From Octopus bimaculoides (Eukaryota), in NCBI RefSeq assembly GCF_001194135.2, contig NC_068994.1, positions 42,323,468 to 42,387,467 of the forward strand: a stretch of 64,000 nucleotides of DNA, written 5' to 3'. A model generated the notes under the pieces. That model saw only the letters and a list, made by a program, of their open reading frames with translations. It had not been told where the DNA came from and made no database searches. The stretch's first letter is position 1. The number at the start of each line of letters is the position of its first letter. This document shows, in pieces, positions 51,169 to 61,746 of this stretch. A program made the translations under genes and the position numbers.

Positions 51169-51679
51169 GTATGTGTATATATGTATATACACATACATAT
51201 ATGTATGTATATATGTATGCATGTATGTATGTATGTGTGTCTTTACACAAAATGTATGTTCAACAGATTTACAGTTAATCTGTCACTGAATTTTTCATCA
51301 GTCTATTTGTGCAGATGTTTGTTCAAGAACAATTCTAATAGAATTTTGGTTACCTGTTTTCTTGAGTTTTCCGTTAATTGAATTTCTTTGCTTGAAACAC
51401 TTCAAGAACAATAGACCAAGATGCTGACAATCGATTGTTTTAACAAATATCCTGCTCGCTGACACATCAGACCAATAGTACGTATATTGTTTTAAGAAAA
51501 CAAGGACTCTATTTGTAAACATCCAACCCTTTATGAACAACACATGCTCAATCCAAGTTTAAGCTTTGTACTCAGGGACACATCATAAAAGATTTTGTTG
51601 AGGATATTCAGTGCTTGAAATGTTTGGAAAAGTACAGGAGTAACTGTATAACATGTTTAAAAACTGTATAACAAGAGTA

Positions 51680-51800
51680 ACATGGTTCTGGGGTCAGTCC
51701 CATTGTGTGACAACTTAAGCATGTGGCTTCTACTATAGCCTTGGGCCAACTAAAGCCTTATGAGTGGATTTGGTGGATGGAAATTGAAAGAAGCCCATTA
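51680..51800 (+). mobile_element. SINE family A, degenerate fragment
   Basis: CATGGTTCTGGGGTCAGTCCC...GCCTTATGAGTGGATTTGG. Confidence 0.7.
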
Positions 51801-52294
51801 CTCTCTCTTTTTCCAAAACCACACAACCACTTGGAAAATATCATTTCGATTCATCAAATTCTCATGGCTTCTATCAGCTCAACTAAATATTCGGCAAACA
51901 TCATGATTCATTACAAATTAAATAGCTTGAGTATGTTTCCTTTTCACAAGCACTGAATGAATTGGTTTATCTATTTTCTTGTTGTTACAGAAGAATATAT
52001 ACCATATATATATATATATAGCAACTTTATAGTAATTGTAATTATCTATAAATTCAAACCTCATCATAGAATTGTATTTAACCAGTTTATTTTGGTGTAA
52101 CATAAAAATATTTTTACAGATAAATTTTTTAATAAAAAACATATGTATCTGCAATACTTCAAAATAGAATAAGTGTGTAGTGTAGGCTGGAAGAAAAGCT
52201 TGTTGAAAACATACAGGCATCATTTGTTGCTATATAATACAAGAAGGGAAAATTTTATATGACATGATGTATATTTATATGGAACGATGTATAT

Positions 52295-52560
52295 AGGCGT
52301 AGAAGTGGCTGTGTGGTAAGTAGCTTGCTTATGAACCACATGGCTCCGGGTTCAGTCCCACTGTGTGGCACTGTGGGCAAGTGTCTTCTACTATAGCCTC
52401 AGGCCGACCAAAGCCTTGTGAGTGGATTTGGTAGACGGAAACTGAAAGAAGCCCATCGTATATATGTATATTTATTTATGTATGTGTGTGTGTGTGTATG
52501 TTTGTGTGTCTGTGTTTGTCCTCCCAACATCACTTGACAACCAATGCTGGTGTAATATAC
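52295..52560 (+). mobile_element. SINE family A, 3'-truncated
   Basis: High similarity to 292-530; flanked by TTATATG(G/A)AACGATGTATAT (TSD or local tandem repeat). Confidence 0.8.
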
Positions 52561-52888
52561 TTATATGAAACGATGTATATTTACATGAAAAGATGTATAT
52601 ATTTAGGCTAATTTTTATATATCAAAACATATTCTTGTTGCCGTGTTGCTGCAGTATGTTTCTTCATCTATTGTACCAGCTATGACTCAAGAGTGAACTC
52701 CACCTAGGACCAAATTCGCTCTGCTCTTTTGTGCTAAGATGAGCTATATTTGTAGGCACTGTTCACAGAAAGTCCTAGTCAGGCTGTCAGACTATCATGC
52801 AAACAAAAGTCATTGATTAGACAGAAGTTATATTTGTATACATGATCAACTTATGATTTCCAGAGGATAAAATTTAGGCGTCAATACA

Positions 52889-53407
52889 TCATCATCATCA
52901 TTTAACGTCTGCTTTCCATGCTAGCATGGGTTGGACGATTTGACTGAGGACTGGTGAACCAGATGGCTACACTAGGCTCCAATCTGATTTGGCAGAGTTT
53001 CTACAGCTGGATGCCCTTCCTAATGCCAACCACTCAGAGAGTGTAGTGGGTGCTTTTACATGCCACCGGCACAAAGGCCAGTCAGGTGGTACTGGCAACG
53101 GCCATGCTCAAAATGGTGTATTTTACGTGCCACCTGCACAGGAGCCAGTCCAGCGGCACTGGCAATGATCTCACTCAAATGACTTTTCACATGCTACTGG
53201 CACAAGTGCCAGGAAGCCGACGCTGGTAGCGATCATGCTCGAACGGTGCTCTTAGCACACCACTGGTACAGGTGCCATCACAATTTCGCTTTTACTTGCC
53301 CCAACAGGTCTTCACAAGCTGAGTTTAGTGTCCAATGAAGGAGACGTTGGCATGGGGTCAGTCGTCAAATTTAGTTCGATTTCGATTTCACCTGCCTCAA
53401 CAGGTCT
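52889..53407 (-). mobile_element. RTE LINE 3' end with long tandem-subunit 3' UTR
   Basis: (CAT)n tail, several ~55-60-bp TTTTAC.TGCCAC..GCAC...GGCACTGGCAA units, 8-bp TSD TCAATACA at 52881-52888 and 53408-53415. Confidence 0.8.
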
Positions 53408-53813
53408 TCAATACAACTGTTGTAAATGTAATTCTACAATTGAACTTTAATCACGGTTACTATAAAGTCGGTACGTATGGAATATATTCTTTACACAGAG
53501 AGAAAATGAATGTGACACCTGAATTGCATTAAACACTATTTACATAGAAGTACGAAATTACATCTTGTTACAATGTGTTAAATTATCTGAAATATATTCT
53601 TTGTATATTATGTAAAACTAAAGGGTTTTATTTTATGAAATTGATTAAGCAGTATGAAGCGTAAAATATATGCTAGCACACTGGTATGTGTGTCTTGAAG
53701 AATTGTGCTTTGTGCTGTAGTTCTACTCTGTGATTTTGGACCACCTATTTTGAAATATCTGATATTATTCTAAGTCGTTCTGAAAGACTGCTACTTATAT
53801 ATGTATGTGTGAG

Positions 53814-53868
<55 letters not shown>

Positions 53869-53925
53869 CTACCTAGATCTATTTAAGTTTCAATCACTTT
53901 ATCTCTCTATCCTTCTGTCTGTATG

Positions 53926-53963
<38 letters not shown>

Positions 53964-54276
53964 NNNNNNNNNNNNNNNNNNNNNNNNNNNNNNNNNNNNN
54001 NNNNNNNNNNNNNNNNNNNNNNNNNNNNNNNNNNNNNNNNNNNNNNNNNNNNNNNNNNNNNNNNNNNNNNNNNNNNNNNNNNNNNNNNNNNNNNNNNNNN
54101 NNNNNNNNNNNNNNNNNNNNNNNNNNNNNNNNNNNNNNNNNNNNNNNNNNNNNNNNNNNNNNNNNNNNNNNNNNNNNNNNNNNNNNNNNNNNNNNNNNNN
54201 NNNNNNNNNNNNNNNNNNNNNNNNNNNNNNNNNNNNNNNNNNNNNNNNNNNNNNNNNNNNNNNNNNNNNNNNNNNN

Positions 54277-54318
<42 letters not shown>

Positions 54319-55429
54319 TTATGAAATTATGATTATTAATATTGTCAAGTATACACAGATTTACACACACATGCATTTATGTATGTGTGTGTGTGTGTGT
54401 ATGTGTATGTATGCATGTATATATGCGTCTGTGGATCTCTGTATATATGCATATATATGTATATATATATAGTTGTACGTAGCTATATAAATATATAGTG
54501 TTTCTGTCTTCACACAGTGTGTATATGTGTATATACATTCCATTAAAGATATCTGACTGTAAACCTATATTATAGATGCAATATTATTTTCCCACCCCCA
54601 AAATCCCATCTTGCTAAACATACATATATAAATAAATAAATAAATAGAAATAACAGTAAAAAGAAAAAAAACAAACTCCTGTTATTATTAGGACAACTAC
54701 TACATTGCCTAGAGTTAGACTCCATGACCAAGTTGAAAGAACCAACAGAAATTTCAATATAGCAACTTTTGCCAGAATAATTTTGAAGGCTGAAGAATTC
54801 TTCTTCCAAACAGAGTTTGCTGAAGCATTGCTGATCAGATGTTCTACACATTTCCATATATTCCTCTAAAAATATTTCTCATGGCTGCTGCCTTCTCGAA
54901 TTCCTATACCAACATAGATTCTGAATGATTTCTTTCATTCAATGCCTTCATAACAATTGACTTCTACAGTATGGAAGGCTGTACTTTATCAATGTTTGTT
55001 TGTTTTTTTATTTTTTTTTCATATATACACACATATATATATATATATTGGCTTCATCTCATTGTTACATTTTAATAGTTGTTTGTTAGAAATTGAACAT
55101 TGTTTTACTAGGTTGTGGTTGTGATGTTGCTATTGTAGATGATGATGATGATGTTTATTTAAGGTGTTTATTATGATTTTTCTCTGAACCAAAATTAATC
55201 TTTGGACAAAACAGTGTTTTATTTGCCCTCAGTTTTATTTCTTTTTTTTTTTCTTATTTTTTTTTTCCAGGAAGAGTAAAAACAAAAAATAATAATAATA
55301 ATAATAATAATAATGATAATAATAATAAAAACAATTTCTGTATCCAGAAATCAGTATATACGTAAAGATGCATGAAATAACAAGATAGCTAGCTAAACAA
55401 ATATACAAGCCATATTTATTTCATGGTGC

Positions 55430-55630
55430 TGCATCCTCATCCTCCCCCTCCTCTTCTCCATCACCATAGACATGAATATCATGATCATCGTCATCATTAA
55501 CATCATCATCATCGTCATAGTTATCATCTTTACCATCATCGTCGACATCACCATTGTCATTGCCATCGTCATTGTCAGCATTGTCATCATCATCATCTTC
55601 TGCAGTAACAACAGCAGCAACAGCAGTGAC
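55430..55630. repeat. Degenerate (CAT)n then (CAG/CAA)n tract
   Basis: Visible low-complexity tract. Confidence 0.85.
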
Positions 55631-55844
55631 AGTCTGTACACAATTTCAGGATACATAGCAGACAATAAATATTTCATTGATCATGAAAGAATATCAATCT
55701 TGTAACTATTCTACAACAGGAAAAAAAGTTGTCAAAACTTCGTGCTTACATCATTATAAGCATAGCTACATACCATAGTCACCATTAGTCACTGACCACC
55801 ATGAAACTTTTGTTATAAATGTTACACTATTATCAATATTATTA

Positions 55845-56075
55845 AGGTGGCTTGCTGGCAGAACCATTAGCACGCCGGGTGAAGTACTTAGCGGTATTTT
55901 GTCTGTCATCACGTTCTGAGTTCAAATTCCTCCAGGGTCAACTTTGCCTTTTATCCTTTCAGGGTCAATTAAATAAGTACCAGTTATGCGCTGGGGTCAA
56001 TATAATCAACTTACCCACTCCCCCAAAATTTCAGACTTTGAGCCTATAATAGAAAGGATTATTATTATTATTATT
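55845..56075 (+). mobile_element. SINE family B with (ATT)n tail
   Basis: TGGCAGAACCATTAG head, GAGTTCAAATTCC B box, tail CCAAAATTTCAGACTTTGAGCCTATAATAGAAAGG(ATT)n. Confidence 0.85.
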
Positions 56076-56201
56076 GCCTTTACTAACGCCGGAGAGGTAC
56101 TACAGTGTCAGCTATTCACTACCAGTGAACTGAGGTAACACCTCTTATTTTTCGAGCACCTTCCAGAGTATTCAAGCGGTTCCAAACAGTGCTGTTTTCT
56201 G

Positions 56202-56205
<4 letters not shown>
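56062..56205 (-). mobile_element. R4/Dong-type LINE tip
   Basis: Minus strand reads QKTALFGTA*ILWKVLEK*, then a short UTR and (AAT)n. Confidence 0.6.
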
Positions 56206-56233
<28 letters not shown>

Positions 56234-56545
56234 GTTGTTGTTTTTTTTTTCTTCTTTCTTCAAATTTTCTTCCATTTCTCGCCAAGTGTCTTCTGTACAC
56301 CTAGGGCAGAGAAACTCGTATGCATTCCCAGTTTACACACACACATTCACAGGTAAAATATGTATTTAAAAAAAAAAATTAATAAATAAATAAATTCATG
56401 AATGGATGTTGTTTTCACAGTGATAATGCTCTTCTCGGTACATGAGTCGTTCCAGTTAACACGATTTTTTGCACATCCTGTAGGGATGGTAAGCCTAGTA
56501 TCATTTTCAAATAGGTTTCAGTACCTTTTTTTATCATTCCTATTA
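56205..56545 (-). mobile_element. R4/Dong-type LINE tip
   Basis: GMIKKGTETYLKMILGLPSLQDVQKIVLTGTTHVPRRALSL*, then a 3' UTR and (AAT)n. Confidence 0.7.
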
Positions 56546-56579
56546 TTATTATTATTATTATTAATATTATTATTATTTG

Positions 56580-56880
56580 GTGAGGCACTGAGTTGGTAGA
56601 ATTGTTAGAAGTTAGCATGTCAGACAAAATACTTTAAGAGCATTCTTTACAGCTTTACATTCTGACTTCAAGTTCTGCTGAGTTTTTGTCTTTTCAAGGT
56701 TGCTCCAAATTTGGAGCCAAATTTTGAGGCTTGTGCCTATAGTAGAAAAAAATGAGATGGCGAGCTGGCAGAATTGTTAGCATGTCAACAGAAATACTTG
56801 GTGGTATTTTGCCCTTCTTTACATTCTGCATTCAAATTCTGCCGAGATCAATTTAGCCTTTCATCCTTTCAGAGCTGATG
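56580..56880 (+). mobile_element. Two SINE family B copies in tandem
   Basis: Heads at ~56585 and ~56758 (GGCGAGCTGGCAGAATTGTTAGCATG). Confidence 0.75.
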
Positions 56881-57045
56881 AATATATATATACCTGCTAA
56901 GTCAGATGCCTACTACATTTCCTTAGCTCCAGCATCAGCTATGAACTTAGAACCTAAGGGATGACGAATTATAGCACTTACACAGTGCACCTATTCATTT
57001 AGATCACCAGTGAATTAAACCCTTCATATTCTATATATATATGTG

Positions 57046-57080
<35 letters not shown>

Positions 57081-57442
57081 GTACACACACACATACCTAT
57101 ACATATATGCATATATGTATACATATATATGTATATGTATTCATATATATGTGTGTGTGTATGTATGTATGTATATATATATATATATATATATATACAT
57201 ACATATATGTAAGATAGATTGATGGATAGATAGATATAGACATAAATATACATGCATATAGATATATACATGATATATATATATATAGATATGAGTCTTT
57301 ATATATACTTGTTTAATAGATTTAAAGTTGTTAAACTAGAGGTTTTTAGCCTCTCGTTGAACTTTAAACAGATGTACATACATTTTGTTATTTGTAAATT
57401 TTACTCAGGTATGATATATATATATATATATAAATATATATA

Positions 57443-57474
57443 TCGTTTAACGTCCGCTTTCCATGCTAGCATGG
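57443..57474 (-). mobile_element. 32-bp RTE 3' tip inside (TA)n
   Basis: TCGTTTAACGTCCGCTTTCCATGCTAGCATGG is the exact reverse complement of the young RTE terminus. Confidence 0.75.
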
Positions 57475-57518
<44 letters not shown>

Positions 57519-57573
57519 CGTGTCTCTCTCTCTATACACACACACACATATATGACTCAATGCAATGCAAGTA

Positions 57574-57613
<40 letters not shown>

Positions 57614-57643
57614 TATTTACAGAGTTTACCTGAGTAAGTCCTG

Positions 57644-57905
57644 ATTAATAAAAGAATATTAACACACCATTAGATGATCAAAGGATTTCTTTTATCAAAA
57701 TAGTTTATGAATATTTCACATCTTTCATAATAATTCCTTTCTAGATATGACTGTTTGATCCTCCTCCTTGTAGATGTCTGAAGAAAGTGAAGTAAATATA
57801 TTCAGAAGGTGTGACTCTTTTCAGTAAACAATAGTCGTAAAATATAGTAATGACTTTACAAAAGACTTGGGTATTATTCTTTCTCATAAACTGTTTTATA
57901 ATTTA
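57644..57905 (+). mobile_element. Decayed CR1/L2-like LINE remnant (left arm of an inverted pair)
   Basis: KDLGIILSHKL at 57861-57893; reverse complement of 59825-60089. Confidence 0.45.
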
Positions 57906-58207
57906 GTCAATTATAGATTTGAATGTTTTGGTCATTTGAAGATCCCATATCATATACAACACACTGCTTCAAACATTCATATTTCTCAGAATCCTACAAT
58001 ATTATATTGTTTTCTCCTAGCCTTCTGAAAATCTGAAGTTATTATATATGTAGACTATGTTGCCATATATCTTATTAGTATTGTGAATGTACAAGAGAGA
58101 CTGCATTAATATTAGTTAGCTTGAATTACTTAGCTTTGTTTGTTTTCTATCATCTGCCTGCCTGCCTGTTTGTCTGTTTGTATATCAATCTATATATATC
58201 CCTCTTT

Positions 58208-58268
<61 letters not shown>

Positions 58269-58389
58269 NNNNNNNNNNCATGACCGCAGTCATATGACTG
58301 AAACTAATAAAAAAAGAGTAAAAGAAAAAAAATATATATATATAGATAGATATCTGTATATCCAAATTTGTATGACTGTGTATAGAACA

Positions 58390-58720
58390 ATATTTTAATC
58401 AATGAAATTCCAAATTACTCTGATTTTCCTGTTTTATTATCTACAATTTTTACAATTTTACAATTTTTTTAATATTGAAATAAACTAGTCTTTTATGCAT
58501 TATGCAATCACCAAGTTTATGTAGTAACAGTCATTTTCCATAATTGACAACAGCTGTCAATTGTGGAACATGACTGCCACTACATAAACCTGATGATTGC
58601 ACAATGCATGAAAGTACTAGTTTATTTCAATATTGGAAAATTGGAAGATAGTAAAATTGTAAAAGTGCAAATAATAAAATATGAAAATCAGAGTAATTTG
58701 GAATTTCATTGGTTAATATA
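58390..58720. repeat. ~330-bp near-perfect palindrome
   Basis: Centre AATTGACA-ACAGC-TGTCAATT; outer arms CAATGAAATTCCAAATTACTCTGATTTTC / GAAAATCAGAGTAATTTGGAATTTCATTG. Confidence 0.9.
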
Positions 58721-58804
58721 TTGTTCTATACATAATCATACAAATTTGGATTTACATATATCTATCTATCTATCTATATATATATATATATATATATATG
58801 GGCA

Positions 58805-58990
58805 TCAGTGCCATTTTCTTCTTCCTCCGTTTTTCCATTCTCCGAACTTTCTGTCTTTCCGACGAAGGGCTCCGCCTAAAACGTCATACTCTCTCTCTTT
58901 CCTTTCCCGAGCGCCCAATAACACTATCCGTATCACGTCCTCACTTTGTTGTTTTTTTGTTATTGTTTTTTTGTGTTTTTTGAAACTATA
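58805..58990 (+). mobile_element. Penelope-like terminal segment with a degenerate hammerhead motif
   Basis: CCGACGA-AGGGC-TCC-GCCT-AAAAC-GTC at 58859-58885; pyrimidine-rich flanks similar to 63770-63965. Confidence 0.5.
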
Positions 58991-59184
58991 TATATANNNN
59001 NNNNNNNNNNNNNNNNNNNNNNNNNNNNNNNNNNNNNNNNNNNNNNNNNNNNNNNNNNNNNNNNNNNNNNNNNNNNNNNNNNNNNNNNNNNNNNNNNNNN
59101 NNNNNNNNNNNNNNNNNNNNNNNNNNNNNNNNNNNNNNNNNNNNNNNNNNNNNNNNNNNNNNNNNNNNNNTATATATTCTTTTA

Positions 59185-59390
59185 CTCTTCTTTTATTTGT
59201 TTCAGCCGTATGACTGTGGCACAGTGTTTAGTCGAATAATTTGACTCCAGGACTTATTCTTTGTAAGCCTAGTAATATCCTGTCCATTTCTTTTGCTGAA
59301 CTCCTAAGTTGCAGGGACATAAATACACCAACATCGGTTGTCAAGCGATGATGGGGGGACAACACAGACACACAAATATATACACATACA
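59185..59390 (-). mobile_element. SINE family A, 3' half
   Basis: GACTCCAGGACTTATTCTTTGTAAGCCTAG...CATCGGTTGTCAAG. Confidence 0.75.
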
Positions 59391-59824
59391 AATAAAAGAG
59401 CAAATTTGGCATATTTGCATATGACCCAATATATATGTTTGTGTGTGTGTGTGTGTGTTGTGAGAGAGAGATAAAATTACAGAGACAGCTATTTAGAATG
59501 ATAACTAGGTATACAGATATAGACATAGATAGATAGATAGATAGATAGATAGAATATTGAAATTAAGTTGAACGTTCTTATCTTATTAGTTTTAACAGTT
59601 TCTTCTCGTATATCTATCTTCAGAATAGTAACAAAATATATTGCAATGTATTGCATATATAAAATAACTTTGAATGTGCTGAAGACTGAGAGGGAATGGT
59701 GAAAAAAGTAATTCTTTCAGAGAGAGGGAAAGTTTGGAATAGACTGTTGTATAGTGATAGAGATATTCAAATGATTAAACCTTCAAGTTTGGAACTGTTG
59801 ATAAGGTCATAAAACTATTGAGTA

Positions 59825-60089
59825 ATTAATAAACGAGTTTGTGAGTAAGAAATAACACCCAAGTCTTTTGTAAAGTGATTAATGTCATTATAAGAGCCAT
59901 TGTTTGCAGAAAGAAATCATACACAGTGAATATATTTTACTTCACTTTCTTCAGACATCTACAAGGAGGAGGATCAAACAGTCTTATATAGAAAGGAATT
60001 ATTAGGAAAGATGTGAAATATTTATAAACTATTTTGATAAAAGAAGTGCTTTGATCACATTAATGGTATGTGTATATTCTTTGATTAAT
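59825..60089 (-). mobile_element. Decayed CR1/L2-like LINE remnant (right arm of the inverted pair)
   Basis: KDLGVI on the minus strand; GACTGTTTGATCCTCCTCCTTGTAGATGTCTGAAGAAAGTGAAGTAAA is shared with the left arm. Confidence 0.45.
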
Positions 60090-60246
60090 TGGGTTGGTGG
60101 GGATTGCTCTTGTAAGTTATGTATATGTGATATGTATACAGATGTGTGTGTGTGTGTGTGTATGGAATTTTGTGTGTGCATGTTTGTGCTATGTGTATGT
60201 ATTTATGTATGAATGTATACAATATATATATATATACATATGTGTA

Positions 60247-60282
<36 letters not shown>

Positions 60283-60284
<2 letters not shown>

Positions 60285-60450
60285 GCAGGCATGGCTGTGC
60301 ATAAAGAAGTTTGCTCTCAAACCACATCAGTTCAGGTTCAATCCCACTGCATGGTGCCCTGTGGAAGTAAGTTCTATTATAGCCGCAGGCTGACCAAAGC
60401 CTTGTGAGTTGATTTGGTTGACAAAAACTGAGCGGAGTTCATTGTGTGTA
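60283..60450 (+). mobile_element. SINE family A, 5' half
   Basis: GCAGGCATGGCTGTG...AGGTTCAATCCCACTGC...GACCAAAGCCTTGTGAG. Confidence 0.75.
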
Positions 60451-60507
60451 TGTATGCGTGTATATATATATATATGTGTGTGTGTGATAATCTTTAAAAT
60501 GTTGGAT

Positions 60508-60682
60508 TGTTATAACACCCACTTCAGTATACAGTATACTTAGTAAAATCAGTAAAGACACGACAATCTCTGACCACCTACTACACACTCCGTTGCACTG
60601 TCTTGTACTCTCCTATTTATAGTGACTATCAAATATTGCTTGTTACATGGGAGGGGTGTACCATTATTACTAATTCTCTACA
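60508..60682 (-). repeat. 3' LTR of the Gypsy element (175 bp)
   Basis: Begins TGTAGAG directly after the PPT and ends ...GTTATAACA; contains TATAAATAG. Confidence 0.75.
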
Positions 60683-61650
60683 TCTCCTTTTTTAAGTTTT
60701 TCTTAGGAAGTGTCCTTTTATTTTGCAATAATTTTTTTTATTCACCACCACCTCTCTTTTTTGAATATTTTATTCGTACAATTTAATATTTTTTGCACTT
60801 GGCATCTATTTTCTAGAACTCTGTATGTTTTTTTTCCCTCTCACTTGTACACCTGAGTTCAATCATCTGCAATGGCATTGGTACTTGGAACTTGTTGTAC
60901 AACTATTCTATCGGTTTCTCCAACTTCTTTGGTTTGCTTTCCATGAATCTCTTTTGCAGTTGGTTCCTGTGTTTCTTTTGTATGCCTTTTCTACTTTTTA
61001 CCCAAAACATCATTTTACCTATGCATTTGGCAATTATGCCATCTTCCCAACTCTGATTTCCATTCTTGTATGCCCTCATATACACCTTTTCACTGATTTC
61101 AACAAATCTTGCTATGTCTTTCCTGGCACTGTTTCTTTCCCTGCCAAGAAGCGACTTATCAAAGACTGATTTTACTTTCCTCACAAATATCAACTTTGCA
61201 GGTAATCTACCTGCTGGTGTATTTACTGGTAAAATCGATGTGTAGTCGTGACCATGGAACATCTACTTTTGAACAATGTTTACTGTTTATCGTGGGCAAT
61301 GCTTCATTTCATTTTGGCCTACATACAGGTGTTCCATTCTGTTTTACACTAATCTTTTGTTTCAGTCCCTCAGCCACATTCAAACCTTCAACTGAAACGA
61401 CTATATTTCCATGCAGAACACTTATGGGCATATTCCATACTTTGAATAGTTCCATCCAGTCTATGCCAAATAAATCAAAATGAACTTTTTAACACATATA
61501 TCTCTGCCTTTTTTATTTGACCTCGAAATGTTTCATTATATACAAATTCTCTGAAACAATATAATCTTTCTCCCATAACACCATACACTACCTTTCCTGA
61601 TTTAATTAACTTCAGCTTACCAACATATTTCCAAGTTTTATGTTATCTAT
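60508..61650 (-). mobile_element. Internally deleted Gypsy LTR retrotransposon (protease, integrase fragments, PPT, 3' LTR)
   Basis: Minus strand: protease-like YGVMGERLYC...LFGIDWMELF, TPVCRPK, DVPWSRLHIDF, NTPAGRLPAKLIFVRKVKSVFD...WEDGIIAKCIGKMMFWVK...KKHRNQL; PPT CTTAAAAAAGGAGA at 60683-60696. Confidence 0.85.
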
Positions 61651-61661
61651 AAAAGGCAGAT

Positions 61662-61746
<85 letters not shown>

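Larger units (their letters stand above)
3046..59170. other. Nine assembly gaps (N runs)
   Basis: 3046-3106, 4771-4993, 22575-22584, 35767-35905, 38061-38070, 50269-50876, 53964-54276, 58269-58278, 58997-59170; most abut microsatellites or young repeats. Confidence 0.95.

Noticed and set aside
55845-56232. SINE family B mobilised by the R4/Dong LINE
   Set aside because: The B tail is (ATT)n on its own strand whereas R4 tips end in (AAT)n; no shared 3' sequence seen.
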